Shown here piece by piece: positions 53,730 through 63,244 of a DNA stretch of 64,000 nt. The notes beneath the pieces were generated by a model, which was not told the origin of the DNA, ran no database searches, and saw only the letters and a program-made list of their open reading frames with translations. Source of the stretch: Escherichia phage vB_EcoM_G5211. The position numbers and the translations under genes were made by a program. Each line of letters begins with the position of its first letter. The stretch's first letter is position 1. The DNA is taken from the sequence record MK327947.1. One strand, given 5' to 3'.

Positions 53730-55220
53730 ATGGCAGATTTGAAACATGGATCTACTGTAGGCGGATCTCCCATTTGGACGCAAGGAAACTTGACGATCCA
53801 GCCAGCGGGTGATCAGCTTTTCTACAAAGGTCATAAAATCTATACCGCTTTTGATAAACCTTCGGCTGCCGATTTTGATGCTGTTAGTGCATCCGAAGGG
53901 GGTACATTTCAGAAACTGGTCCATTTTGAGGAAGGTTTAAGCGTAGGTAGCGCATCCGGTGGAGAAACCAAAAAGAACGGGATCTTTAAAGGCAATAGTG
54001 ATGCGGCTAACTTTGACGGTGTAAGTTGGGGTTTGCATTCGTGGAAATCTATTGGTTTTGTTAATGCTCGTGATGATGTTATCATGGCTTATATTGACAC
54101 TACCACAGGTGATTTTAAAACTAAAGGGACCATCGAAGGGACAACCATTAAAGACACAGGTCAACGCGTCTATAGCCCTGTTAATAAACCAACGAATAAT
54201 GATTTAGATTTGGTGTCTCGTCGCGGTGATACCCTCACAGGAACATATAATTTAAACACTGTCACTGTTAAACTATCGGTTGATTCGAAATTAATTGCAA
54301 GGGAACGTGATTTAATTAATTTTGATGCGACTAAGATCTATTATGGTAACGTTCTTGATACGTTGGTCTTCCGAAGTAAAGATGAGCCTACCATTTTTGT
54401 TAATGGCAGAGAAGGTCGTTTTTATCACACCAACAATAAACCAACTAAAGCCGATGTTGGGCTAGGCAATGTCACCAATGATGCACAGGTTAAACGTGCT
54501 GGTGATATTATGGAAGGTAACTTGCAAGCGCCTAGAATGTTGGCGACAAACGATCCGGCTGGTCCTAATGAATTGGTTCGTTTGAGCTACTTTGAGAAAA
54601 AATCAATGGTAGCAAATCCAACCATCATAGGAAACGTTGATTGGAACACTCTTATTAATCGCGGTATCTATCGTGTGGAAAATGCTGGGTCAGGTACTAA
54701 TAAACCGTCTGATAGCTATTATAACGGCGTTTTGATGGTATATCGCCCAGAAGATGCGGTCGGTACTCGTCGAATTGTTCAGGTATACTATCCTGAATCT
54801 ATTGATCATCCGATGTGCTGGCGTTCTTGTTCTAATGAATCATGGACTGCATGGAACTATGTAGATCACCGTAAATTGGCTGATATTCGCTATGTTAACG
54901 TCACTGGCGATACCATGACAGGACCGTTAACTGTTCCGGCGGCAAATGGCGTTCATACCGCAGAAGCTAACTATAATGGTGATAATTGCTACGCTGGACT
55001 TAATAGCTTAAATGGCACAGCAATGATTCATCGTGTTAGTGATATTAAAGCGCACGAGAAACTAGGCATCACACATGATTCTAAAATTATTTTCGTTAAA
55101 TCACGCAACAATACTCAGGACACCGATACATTTGAATTATACCACGAAGGACACAAACCAACTCCTGATGATGTTGGCGCTGTTCCGCTTAATGCGGTAA
55201 TTGATTTTGGTACTTTCTAA
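53730..55220 (+). CDS. 36: long tail fibre subunit gp36 (enlarged, 496 aa)
   Basis: N-terminus MADLKHGSTVGGSPIWTQGN.. parallels T4 gp36, which is only ~221 aa. Confidence 0.8.
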   Translation: MADLKHGSTVGGSPIWTQGNLTIQPAGDQLFYKGHKIYTAFDKPSAADFDAVSASEGGTFQKLVHFEEGLSVGSASGGETKKNGIFKGNSDAANFDGVSWGLHSWKSIGFVNARDDVIMAYIDTTTGDFKTKGTIEGTTIKDTGQRVYSPVNKPTNNDLDLVSRRGDTLTGTYNLNTVTVKLSVDSKLIARERDLINFDATKIYYGNVLDTLVFRSKDEPTIFVNGREGRFYHTNNKPTKADVGLGNVTNDAQVKRAGDIMEGNLQAPRMLATNDPAGPNELVRLSYFEKKSMVANPTIIGNVDWNTLINRGIYRVENAGSGTNKPSDSYYNGVLMVYRPEDAVGTRRIVQVYYPESIDHPMCWRSCSNESWTAWNYVDHRKLADIRYVNVTGDTMTGPLTVPAANGVHTAEANYNGDNCYAGLNSLNGTAMIHRVSDIKAHEKLGITHDSKIIFVKSRNNTQDTDTFELYHEGHKPTPDDVGAVPLNAVIDFGTF

Positions 55221-55224
55221 TTCT

Positions 55225-55250
55225 AGCGGGGATTATCCCCGCTTTTCTAA
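55225..55250 (+). terminator. hairpin plus T-run after gene 36
   Basis: AGCGGGG-auua-UCCCCGCU followed by UUUUC. Confidence 0.5.
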
Positions 55251-55287
55251 ATAATATTATTCTAACAACCGTTAAGGATTTTATAAA

Positions 55288-58068
55288 ATGGCAGATTTAC
55301 AGAGAATCCAATTTAAAAGAACAAGTACGGCAGGTCGCAAGCCGGATGCGAATATTCTAACTCCGGGTGAACTTGCTATTAACCTAGCGGATCGAGAACT
55401 ATATACAAAAGATGACAGCAATAATGTAATTACTTTGGGACACTTTCGCGGTGAGTTGCCATCTGATGCAAATTTAGATAATTATGGACCTACTGGTAAA
55501 TTTACTGGCGTTTGGTCTAAATCAACTTCAACAAATGCGCAGCCAGCAAATAAATTCCCAGAAGAGAATGCTGTAGGTGTATTAGAAGTATTTGTGGCTG
55601 GTCAATTTGCTGGCACTCAGCGTTATACTGTTCGGTCTGGTAACGTTTATATCCGTTCTTTGTCTGCGAAATGGAATGGCGTAGATGGTCCATGGGGTCC
55701 GTGGCGCAATATTCAAACTGGCACACGTCCACTATCAACTACACTAGACTTGAATACTTTAGGTGATGCTTCTCATTTTGGGTTATGGCGAAATAGTTCA
55801 AGTTCCATTGCATCATTTTCTCGAAATTACCCAGAAGAAGGTGGTCTCGCGCAAGGTCTTTTAGAAATTTATGAAGGTGGTAACTATTCTCGCACGCAAC
55901 GTTATACTACCCGAATGGGTGTTGTATATGTTCGTTGTCTTGCTGGTGCATGGGATCCAGAAGCTCCGAATTGGGGACCGTGGCAACAAGTAGGTATGGT
56001 TACTCCCAACACATTCTATGACGGGGATCTTAATAATTTTCGTTCTCCTGGCTTATATAATATTTTAGGCACTGATGCCGTTATTAACCGTCCAGTTGCA
56101 GAAGGTGTTCCGGTTGAGATGACCGGATTGCTTGAGGTTAAACAGCGTGCTTCCGGTGGCGCTATTTTCCAACGTTTCACTACCGCAGGAACGGGATCTA
56201 CTACCCGTGGTCGTGTTTTTGAACGTGCAATGACAAATAATATCTGGGGAAATTGGCATGAAGTATATACATCTTATTCTCTGCCAATTACTTTGGGTAT
56301 GGGTGGTATTAAAACTCAATTAGCGGAGCTAGATTGGCAAACATTTGATTTTGTTCCTGGTAGTATGTTTAGCGTTCCTTTGAACAAAATAAAGAACATG
56401 CCAGCAAATATGGATTGGGGTGCGATTGACGGAAACTTGGTTATGTTTTCTGTCGGTCCTAGCGAACACACTAGCACAGGGCGTACTGTTCAGGTTTGGC
56501 GTGGTACTGTATCCCAGACAAACTACCGTTATTTTGTCGTTCGTGTGTTCGGTAATTCTGGAAATAGAACTTGTACAGTTCGCCGTGTTGTTCTTGAAGA
56601 CGGATCACATACTTGGACTGCTAAACAAGATTTTAATGGTGCTGTCAACTTTGGTGGTTCGACAACTTTTAAGTCCACTACAACTTTTAACACAGAAGTT
56701 AAATTCCGTTCATCCAATGCATTTAAAATGTATGGCGGTAATTTTGGCACAATTTTCCGTAATGATGGTGAAAGTCTTTATATTCTTTCCACCGACGAAA
56801 ATGATCAAGATGGAAACTTTAATACAAATAGACCTTTCCGCTATCAATTAAAAACTGGCGATGTTACTTTGGGTGGCACTAGCGGTGCTAACGCTTTAGT
56901 ATTAAAAGGCGGTTCTCTTGCTGCTACCTTTAGCGGTGATGTTAATTTAAGTAAAGGTACGCTGACGTTTGAAGCGGGTGGTAAGCAATCACGCGATTAT
57001 TTCCGGTTTAATCATTGGGGTGATAGCAATAACGCTCGTGATAACATTATTCAGTTAGAAGATAGTAAAGGCGCTCATTTTTCCACTGAACGTACTTTAG
57101 CGACTGGTGCAATTAAAACTAAATTCTTTGGTGAAGTTGAATCAACTGGTCGATTGACTATTAAACGTCCGGGTGGTGCTATTGTATTATCGACTACAGC
57201 CAGCAACGCTTTGCATATTCGCGGTGACGTAGACGGGAATGGTAACTGGTATATTGGTAAAGGTGGTGCTGATAATTCGCTAGCATTTTATAGCTATGCT
57301 ACTCAGGCGGCAGTACATATAACAAACAATGGTGAGATTGCGTTAAACCCGCAAAATACCTTAATGGTTAACGTTAACCGCGATCGTATGTATATCAATG
57401 GTGCAAGTTGGGTTGCCAGACAACCAGGTGATTGGGGCAACCAATGGCGAGTAGAAGCTCCATTATTCGTTGATCATGGTTATGTTGGTCAAGATAGTTA
57501 TTATCCTATTCTTAAAGCAAGAAGCGTTATAACCAATCAAGGATATAGCACCGCTGTTGACTTTGGTATGCGTCGTATTCCATCACAGTGGGGGCAAGCA
57601 ATCATTCGTGTCGGATCCACGGAGGCTTCTCCTGATGCTGGACACCCACAAGCTGTGTTTGAATTCCATCATGATGGGTTCTTTTATACACCAGGAAATG
57701 GTAGCTTTAGCGATGTGTATATTCGTTCTGACTCCCGTCTTAAGATTAATAAAGAAGAGTTAGAAAACGGAGCACTTGAAAAAGTATGCCGTCTGAAAGT
57801 TTATACTTACGATAAAGTTAAGTCTATTAAAGATCGTAGTGTGATTAAACGTGAAGCTGGTATTATTGCTCAGGATCTTGAAAAAGAATTGCCGGAAGCT
57901 GTATCTAAAGTTGAAGTTGATGGATCTGATGTTCTGACAATTTCTAACTCGGCAGTGAATGCTCTTTTAATTAAGGCTATTCAGGAAATGAGTGAAGAAA
58001 TTAAAGAATTGAAAACTCCTTTCTTTACTAAAATTGCTCGCAAAATTAGTAAATATTTTAAATTCTAA
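55288..58068 (+). CDS. 37: long tail fibre distal subunit gp37 with C-terminal intramolecular-chaperone (S74-like) domain
   Basis: N-terminus MADLQRIQFKRTSTAGRKPD.. parallels T4/T2 gp37; C-terminal SDSRLKINKEELENGALEKV..GIIAQDLEKELPEAV matches the auto-cleaving chaperone signature. Confidence 0.85.
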   Translation: MADLQRIQFKRTSTAGRKPDANILTPGELAINLADRELYTKDDSNNVITLGHFRGELPSDANLDNYGPTGKFTGVWSKSTSTNAQPANKFPEENAVGVLEVFVAGQFAGTQRYTVRSGNVYIRSLSAKWNGVDGPWGPWRNIQTGTRPLSTTLDLNTLGDASHFGLWRNSSSSIASFSRNYPEEGGLAQGLLEIYEGGNYSRTQRYTTRMGVVYVRCLAGAWDPEAPNWGPWQQVGMVTPNTFYDGDLNNFRSPGLYNILGTDAVINRPVAEGVPVEMTGLLEVKQRASGGAIFQRFTTAGTGSTTRGRVFERAMTNNIWGNWHEVYTSYSLPITLGMGGIKTQLAELDWQTFDFVPGSMFSVPLNKIKNMPANMDWGAIDGNLVMFSVGPSEHTSTGRTVQVWRGTVSQTNYRYFVVRVFGNSGNRTCTVRRVVLEDGSHTWTAKQDFNGAVNFGGSTTFKSTTTFNTEVKFRSSNAFKMYGGNFGTIFRNDGESLYILSTDENDQDGNFNTNRPFRYQLKTGDVTLGGTSGANALVLKGGSLAATFSGDVNLSKGTLTFEAGGKQSRDYFRFNHWGDSNNARDNIIQLEDSKGAHFSTERTLATGAIKTKFFGEVESTGRLTIKRPGGAIVLSTTASNALHIRGDVDGNGNWYIGKGGADNSLAFYSYATQAAVHITNNGEIALNPQNTLMVNVNRDRMYINGASWVARQPGDWGNQWRVEAPLFVDHGYVGQDSYYPILKARSVITNQGYSTAVDFGMRRIPSQWGQAIIRVGSTEASPDAGHPQAVFEFHHDGFFYTPGNGSFSDVYIRSDSRLKINKEELENGALEKVCRLKVYTYDKVKSIKDRSVIKREAGIIAQDLEKELPEAVSKVEVDGSDVLTISNSAVNALLIKAIQEMSEEIKELKTPFFTKIARKISKYFKF

Positions 58069-58104
58069 CAACAAGGGGGCGTTGCCCCCTTTGGAGTATA
58101 AATT

Positions 58105-58218
58105 ATGGCAGTAGTTGGTGTTCCTGGTTGGATTGGAAGTTCAGCCGCAAATGAAACAGGACAACGATGGATGAGTCAAGCGGCTGGTCAATTAAGATTG
58201 GTGTTCCTTGCTGGATGA
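58105..58218 (+). pseudogene. 38: gp38 adhesin N-terminal segment (37 codons) in a different frame from the gp38 body
   Basis: GGAG RBS then [32 protein letters not shown] (conserved gp38 N-terminus), running into a TGA at 58216; the body continues in the -1 frame. Confidence 0.6.
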
Positions 58219-58904
58219 GTCAATTTGCAGGTCGCTCGCGAGAAATTATTCATACTGTAGGAGCAAACCACAATTTTAATGGTCAGTGGTTCCGTGATAG
58301 ATGCTTTGAAGCTGGCGGTGCACCTATTGTATTCAATATTGTTGGTGATATCGTTTCTTATTCTAAAGATGTACCGCTTTTCTTTATGTATGGTGACACT
58401 CCTAACGAATACGTTGTCCTTAATATTCATGGTGGTGTCCATATGTGGGGTCGAGGTGGTAATGGTGGATACACTCACTCAGGTGGAGATGGTAACGGTA
58501 CACAAGGCGGTCATGTTATTCAAAATGATATCGGTGGACGGCTTCGTATTTGGAACTACGGTGTTATAGCTGCTGGCGGTGGTGGCGGTGGTGGTATTGC
58601 ATATCGTCCACACTCAGGGGCAAACTGGCAAGATATCGGTGGCGGTGGCGGTCGACCTTTCGGTGGTGCTGGCGGTGGCGGTTATTCCGGTGGTGCTGCT
58701 TCTTATGAAGGTCCGGGTGGTGGTTACAACTATGGTAACGCACACTCCGGCGCGGGTGGTAATGCTGGCGCTGCTGGTCAGAATGCATGGTCTGATGGCG
58801 GTAAAGTTCTTAAAGTTGGTGTTGGTGGTGCTTCTGGTCATGCCGTGTTTGGATCTTCTCCAACTTGGGGCGCTGTAGGGACAATTTATGGACCTTACAT
58901 TTAA
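58167..58904 (+). CDS. 38: gp38 receptor-recognising adhesin, body with glycine-rich motifs (T2-type)
   Basis: ..[41 protein letters not shown].. plus poly-Gly motifs; no RBS before this in-frame ATG. Confidence 0.8.
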   Translation: MDESSGWSIKIGVPCWMSQFAGRSREIIHTVGANHNFNGQWFRDRCFEAGGAPIVFNIVGDIVSYSKDVPLFFMYGDTPNEYVVLNIHGGVHMWGRGGNGGYTHSGGDGNGTQGGHVIQNDIGGRLRIWNYGVIAAGGGGGGGIAYRPHSGANWQDIGGGGGRPFGGAGGGGYSGGAASYEGPGGGYNYGNAHSGAGGNAGAAGQNAWSDGGKVLKVGVGGASGHAVFGSSPTWGAVGTIYGPYI

Positions 58905-58963
58905 CCGTTAAAAAAGAATTAAGGAAAAATCCCAGGGAAGGGAACTACTAAGGAGAAACGGCT

Positions 58964-59203
58964 ATGGTCTATAATATCGTCATTGGTGCTTTGTCTAATT
59001 TCGGAATGAAATTATTGTCAAAGTTAATTAGTGAAAAGATGCTCACTAAAATTTTCTTCTATTGCGCTCGTCGTCTTGCGGCTTATACCAATACGCCAAT
59101 TGATGATCGTTTTGTGGAAGAACTTTATAAGGAGTTTAATAAAGATCAGTCAGAAGATAGTAACGAGCAAGATAAACCTAGTGATAGTCAACTACCTAAA
59201 TAA
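58964..59203 (+). CDS. small protein with hydrophobic N-terminus (79 aa) between genes 38 and t
   Basis: AAGGAGAA RBS; N-terminal MVYNIVIGALSNFGMKLLSKLI; acidic C-terminus. Confidence 0.55.
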   Translation: MVYNIVIGALSNFGMKLLSKLISEKMLTKIFFYCARRLAAYTNTPIDDRFVEELYKEFNKDQSEDSNEQDKPSDSQLPK

Positions 59204-59236
59204 GAGTACACTGTCATAGTTATCTTAGGGCATTAT

Positions 59237-59893
59237 ATGCAAGTTTCTGAAAAAGGGAAAGACTTTGCTATCTCAAATGTCCTGCGCGCTATTTTCACAA
59301 CTAAAAGCACGGAGTTGCTCGTACTTCGTGTTTTTGCTGCCGTCGTGTTGTCCATATTAGCATTTGTCGTTTATAGTAAAAACGAGTTATTTGCGCTTTA
59401 TAAAGAGACTCGTTATGAGACTTATGCTCACATTCTCCAGGTAGAGAAAGACCGCAATTTTGATAATGCAGCACAGGAGCAGTTACAGATAGTTCATGTG
59501 TCGGCTGATGCCGATTTTTCTGCTGTTTTTAGTTTTCGTCCGAAAAACCTAAACTATTTTGTTGATTTGGTGGCATATGAAGGAAAGTTACCGCATACAA
59601 TCGATGAAAAAAATTTAGGCGGATTCCCTATCAATAAAACGAGTGAAGAATATCGTAGGCATCTTTTAGGTAAATCATATTTTACCGATAAAGATTTCCA
59701 GTATATTCCATCAAGAGAAAAGAAATTAGAGAATATCGATATAGGGTTTATGTATTCTTGCCCTATATTCAATCTCGATAATGTCTATTCTGGTAGTATC
59801 GCCATTGCATGGAAGAATAAACCGGATATTGACATTGAGAATTTAGATACTCTTTGCAATCAATCTGCCAGAATCCTCGGAAGGATTAGATAA
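59237..59893 (+). CDS. t: holin T
   Basis: 218 aa; ..LEQLQIVHVSADADFSAVFSFRPKNLNYFVDLVAYEGKLP.. parallels T4 holin; N-terminal TM; C-terminal ..ARILGR.. Confidence 0.9.
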   Translation: MQVSEKGKDFAISNVLRAIFTTKSTELLVLRVFAAVVLSILAFVVYSKNELFALYKETRYETYAHILQVEKDRNFDNAAQEQLQIVHVSADADFSAVFSFRPKNLNYFVDLVAYEGKLPHTIDEKNLGGFPINKTSEEYRRHLLGKSYFTDKDFQYIPSREKKLENIDIGFMYSCPIFNLDNVYSGSIAIAWKNKPDIDIENLDTLCNQSARILGRIR

Positions 59894-59898
59894 CTTAA

Positions 59899-59930
59899 AG
59901 GGGAAGCCTTTCGGCCTCCCCTTCTTTTTA
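59899..59930. terminator. bidirectional terminator between convergent genes
   Basis: GGGGAAGCC-tttc-GGCCTCCCC with T-rich runs on both sides. Confidence 0.55.
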
Positions 59931-60176
59931 TTGGCGCATAGAAGCCCCTGAATCACATTTTGACGCTGTATGATGAAAACAGGTAGCGTACCAGTCATCG
60001 GCTTGTTTGTCTTCGTCAGAAAACGCGTAATTGCGTTGTATGCCGTTTTCTACTTTGACCAGTGCAATAGCTGTTTCTGGAAGATCAATCAATCGGACAA
60101 AATCACCATCTTCCCACTCTACACGAGCAATATCATAGCCCATCTCAACGTATACAATCGCTTGTTCTAATTTCAT
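59928..60176 (-). CDS. hypothetical protein (82 aa)
   Basis: ORF convergent with t; no motif recognised. Confidence 0.5.
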   Translation of the reverse strand: MKLEQAIVYVEMGYDIARVEWEDGDFVRLIDLPETAIALVKVENGIQRNYAFSDEDKQADDWYATCFHHTASKCDSGASMRQ

Positions 60177-60496
60177 TCTGGAAACTTCCCGTAAACATTC
60201 TCTGCCAGCTTACGTGCATCTTTTACAATATCTTTCATGTAATGACTATAATTTTTAGCTAGATCAATGATACAATCAACAAAGAAGTAATAGCGTCGCA
60301 GTGCTACCAGCCCAACATCTTCAAGATGACCATTTTCTCCAATCGCTGAAATGTGTTTAAATTCCTTTCGGATCGCGTCCATCGCTACATTAACTTCTTT
60401 TATAATATCTTTAGTATTATATGCACCTCGACTAATCAAAATTTTGGTTAGGTCTTCTGCTTTTTCGTGAAAGTTGTCAATTTCAAACTCGATCAT
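60173..60496 (-). CDS. hypothetical protein (~107 aa), paralog of 60611..60943
   Basis: From the internal ATG with GAGAGGTGA RBS; C-terminus ..ENVYGKFPE resembles ..ENIFGKF of the neighbour. Confidence 0.55.
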   Translation of the reverse strand: MIEFEIDNFHEKAEDLTKILISRGAYNTKDIIKEVNVAMDAIRKEFKHISAIGENGHLEDVGLVALRRYYFFVDCIIDLAKNYSHYMKDIVKDARKLAENVYGKFPE

Positions 60497-60610
60497 AATC
60501 ACCTCTCATAATTTCACGCTGTTGTTTCAACATTTTTTCGTGGTTTGCTAATTCTATACCTTGTAATAGCATAACCAGTGCAATTTTCAATGATTCATCA
60601 TCTTTCATAA

Positions 60611-60943
60611 TCAAAATTTACCGAAAATATTCTCTGTCATAATTCTTGCTTCGTCGATTATTTTCGTCATGTTCATGGTGTAGTTATGATCATTTAGTGC
60701 CTTAATGACAACGAGCAAGGAATCTAAAAACACTCGATACCGTGTATATTCTACGCTATTTGTGAATACCGATGTTTTCTCTACTTTATCGATCAGATAG
60801 CCTAAAACCGATAGCGCCTCGTTGACTTCCCTTGTTACTTTATCGGCGCTAAACAGCACCGGATAAAGACGCGGTGTGATTAACCGCGCTGCCTCTTTCA
60901 ATTCGGTCGCTTTCCATGATTCATATTTGTCATAGTTAAACAT
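60611..60943 (-). CDS. hypothetical protein (110 aa), paralog of 60173..60496
   Basis: Shared length and C-terminal motif. Confidence 0.55.
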   Translation of the reverse strand: MFNYDKYESWKATELKEAARLITPRLYPVLFSADKVTREVNEALSVLGYLIDKVEKTSVFTNSVEYTRYRVFLDSLLVVIKALNDHNYTMNMTKIIDEARIMTENIFGKF

Positions 60944-60955
60944 TGTATAATCTCC

Positions 60956-61288
60956 TTACAGATGAAAACCTGTTACAATAACCGCATCGATCATACCGCT
61001 AGGAATAAACGGTTCGCCCTCTTTTATTTCAACTTTGAATTGATGCCATTTCGCTAATACTTCTTCCGGTACACCCAGCGATTCGGCGTCTGCTTTAGTT
61101 TCATCCATAATCCAACTAGGCTGCATGAGAGCATAGTTTACATAGTCCATTTCTGGGGTCATGTCATCAATGTTAATATATTTGCAGTTGACGCGTTTCA
61201 GAATTTCAAATTCTTTATTATCAACCTGTACCATGTATAATTCAGTAGTTTCTGGAATCAGTTCCCACACAATCAGTACATTTTTCAT
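60956..61288 (-). CDS. hypothetical protein (110 aa)
   Basis: ATG-initiated ORF in a tightly packed - strand array. Confidence 0.55.
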   Translation of the reverse strand: MKNVLIVWELIPETTELYMVQVDNKEFEILKRVNCKYINIDDMTPEMDYVNYALMQPSWIMDETKADAESLGVPEEVLAKWHQFKVEIKEGEPFIPSGMIDAVIVTGFHL

Positions 61289-61296
61289 AGTTCACC

Positions 61297-61665
61297 TCAC
61301 TTAACAAAGATTTTCTTTAATGCTTTCAGGATCGTTGCTTCCGGCGCTTCTTCCGGTGGAGGGAGCAATTCTACCACTTCCTCTTCCAACTCGATATAGT
61401 CTACCAGATATTCTACATAGAATGCAAGTGCTTCCATGAAATTAGATGCTACATCCGATTCACCACACGCGCCTACATGCATTGTATAAACATCACTGCG
61501 ATCAAGTTTGTGGATGCTTCCCAGATAGTTCCGGTTATACCAGACTTCCCACACTTTCAGCTTTCCGGTTTTGGTTGATGTTTTATAATCGGTTTCGTAA
61601 TGATGCAATTGACGTTGCAGATCATTGATAATAACACATTTTTCGTAATTGTTTTGAATTTCCAT
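61297..61665 (-). CDS. hypothetical protein (122 aa)
   Basis: ATG-initiated ORF. Confidence 0.55.
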   Translation of the reverse strand: MEIQNNYEKCVIINDLQRQLHHYETDYKTSTKTGKLKVWEVWYNRNYLGSIHKLDRSDVYTMHVGACGESDVASNFMEALAFYVEYLVDYIELEEEVVELLPPPEEAPEATILKALKKIFVK

Positions 61666-61675
61666 GATGCAATCC

Positions 61676-61867
61676 TCACTTATCGTTCAGAAGTTCTAAA
61701 ACTTTCTGTCGTACTTTGTCAATATTAGTTGATTCAAAAACTGTACGGTATCCCCAGCTTTGACCGTATGAGCGGTTGCAATCTCCATATCCCCATTGTT
61801 CAACCTGATAGTATTCAAGGAATGGATGCTGTCGAACTATGATACCATCGCGATTAAAAATTACCAT
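61676..61867 (-). CDS. small hypothetical protein (63 aa)
   Basis: ATG-initiated ORF. Confidence 0.5.
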   Translation of the reverse strand: MVIFNRDGIIVRQHPFLEYYQVEQWGYGDCNRSYGQSWGYRTVFESTNIDKVRQKVLELLNDK

Positions 61868-61890
61868 AATATAATCCTCACGTCAACAAC

Positions 61891-62178
61891 TTATTTTCGG
61901 TTGTGGTCACGATATGTTTTAAAATATCCCTCGTACCACGGTAAAACATCTGGATTTTTACCACTATACAGACCTTTAACCATCATGTCAATAAGGCCAT
62001 CCGGTGTTTGATAGTTTCCAGCTTTTATAAGCTCTCTGATTAAAATCTCTCTGTATATGTCTTTCGGATCTTCGTAATCAACTTGTATTGTGGTTGTGGT
62101 CTCATTCAATTTGGTTTCTGGAGTATCTCGCATCACATCCCACCAATCTTTTGTGATCTTCATGTTATTGAATTGCAT
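61891..62178 (-). CDS. hypothetical protein (95 aa)
   Basis: ATG-initiated ORF. Confidence 0.55.
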   Translation of the reverse strand: MQFNNMKITKDWWDVMRDTPETKLNETTTTIQVDYEDPKDIYREILIRELIKAGNYQTPDGLIDMMVKGLYSGKNPDVLPWYEGYFKTYRDHNRK

Positions 62179-62189
62179 AATTTAACCTC

Positions 62190-62948
62190 TTACTTGCAAA
62201 CGTATTGATCTACATCAATTGCGCCACCGAATGTAGGATGACGTTTTTCAAATCTAATAGTTCCGTCGTTTGGTTCGAAAACGGAGTATTCATATAGATC
62301 TTTCTTGCCAACATTCTTATAAAACCCGCCTTTAGTCATAACGGTTTCTTGTACGTTTGCTTTGTGTACGTTGTATTCGTCAATGTATACAAAATCAACC
62401 ATCTTCCCATTTTTAATGGTTACTTTAAGATCTCCTGGTTGATTTCCATATTTTGCATACAGTGGCGCTTCTTTAATTTTTGTGGAAATTCCATCTTTCA
62501 TACTCCACTCATAACGAACGGTGCATTGATAGGTAAAAGTTTCGACCTTCGGTTCTTCTACCACTTTTGCTTCCTGTTTCGGTTGTTCTTCTTCAACCTT
62601 CGCAGAAGTCTCTGAATCGCTTTCTGACGCGGTTTCTTCTTTAGGTAATACGTTCATCAAGTTTTGGATTTGAGCGTTGTATACAGCCTCCAGTGGCTGA
62701 ATCTGCCCGATATTGATCATTGTATCACGAACAGTTTTATTCCAGTTTCGTTGCTCTTGTTTCAGAGACGGATCAATCTTAACAGCCTTAACATACACCT
62801 CATGAAGTTTAGAGTCCAGTGCGGAGATAGACTCATTAGCACAAATAAACTTCTCTGATTTGGTAGTAGCTTTAGCGCAATCAAAGGACGCAGCGTTAGC
62901 ACCGAAAGCAGTAGCAGAAAGAACGATAGCAGCGATAATGTTTTTCAT
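62190..62948 (-). CDS. secreted/periplasmic early protein (252 aa) with Sec-type signal peptide
   Basis: N-terminus MKNIIAAIVLSATAFGANAAS; acidic linker; preceded by a cassette. Confidence 0.65.
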   Translation of the reverse strand: MKNIIAAIVLSATAFGANAASFDCAKATTKSEKFICANESISALDSKLHEVYVKAVKIDPSLKQEQRNWNKTVRDTMINIGQIQPLEAVYNAQIQNLMNVLPKEETASESDSETSAKVEEEQPKQEAKVVEEPKVETFTYQCTVRYEWSMKDGISTKIKEAPLYAKYGNQPGDLKVTIKNGKMVDFVYIDEYNVHKANVQETVMTKGGFYKNVGKKDLYEYSVFEPNDGTIRFEKRHPTFGGAIDVDQYVCK

Positions 62949-63011
62949 AATATATTCCTCAGTGTTTTGTCTTGATGGGAGTATCTTACTACTCCCTTAA
63001 TCCGGTGTCAA
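62949..63011 (-). promoter_or_regulatory. early promoter plus stem-loop cassette (PeSL-like)
   Basis: TTGACA; stem GGGAGTA-tcttac-TACTCCC. Confidence 0.55.
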
Positions 63012-63018
63012 CTACTTT

Positions 63019-63174
63019 TTAAATTTCTTCTACAGTAAAGTCTTCAATGTTGTTGTGCTCGGCGAACGTTGCCAGACCAGCATTCCATGCATCATCCTCA
63101 GAGAAGAATACACCGTAACGTTCATATCCTTTAGCGCCTTCAAATTTAACCATTAATTTGTGAGTATGTTTCAT
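63019..63174 (-). CDS. small early hypothetical protein (51 aa from internal ATG)
   Basis: ATG directly after a cassette leader. Confidence 0.45.
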   Translation of the reverse strand: MKHTHKLMVKFEGAKGYERYGVFFSEDDAWNAGLATFAEHNNIEDFTVEEI

Positions 63175-63234
63175 TTTGATTCTCCTTCGTTGTCTTGATG
63201 AGTTTAGTATAGGGGATCGCCGATCCCCTGTCAA
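63175..63234 (-). promoter_or_regulatory. early promoter plus stem-loop cassette (PeSL-like)
   Basis: TTGACA-17-TATACT with GGGGATC-gcc-GATCCCC palindrome. Confidence 0.6.
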
Positions 63235-63244
63235 CAACTATTTT

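Noticed and set aside
58075-58104. TATAAATT late-promoter-like motif just before gene 38
   Set aside because: It is a 7/8 match and ends 2 nt before the ATG, so a transcript would start inside the coding region; more likely part of the RBS context after a hairpin.
58500-58850. Short GGTGG/GGCGG repeats in gene 38
   Set aside because: These encode the glycine-rich motifs of the adhesin; they are coding repeats, not a regulatory or mobile element.
60486-60608. 41-aa ORF between the two paralogous 109/110-aa genes
   Set aside because: No RBS, and it overlaps the RBS and start of the downstream gene; probably not translated.
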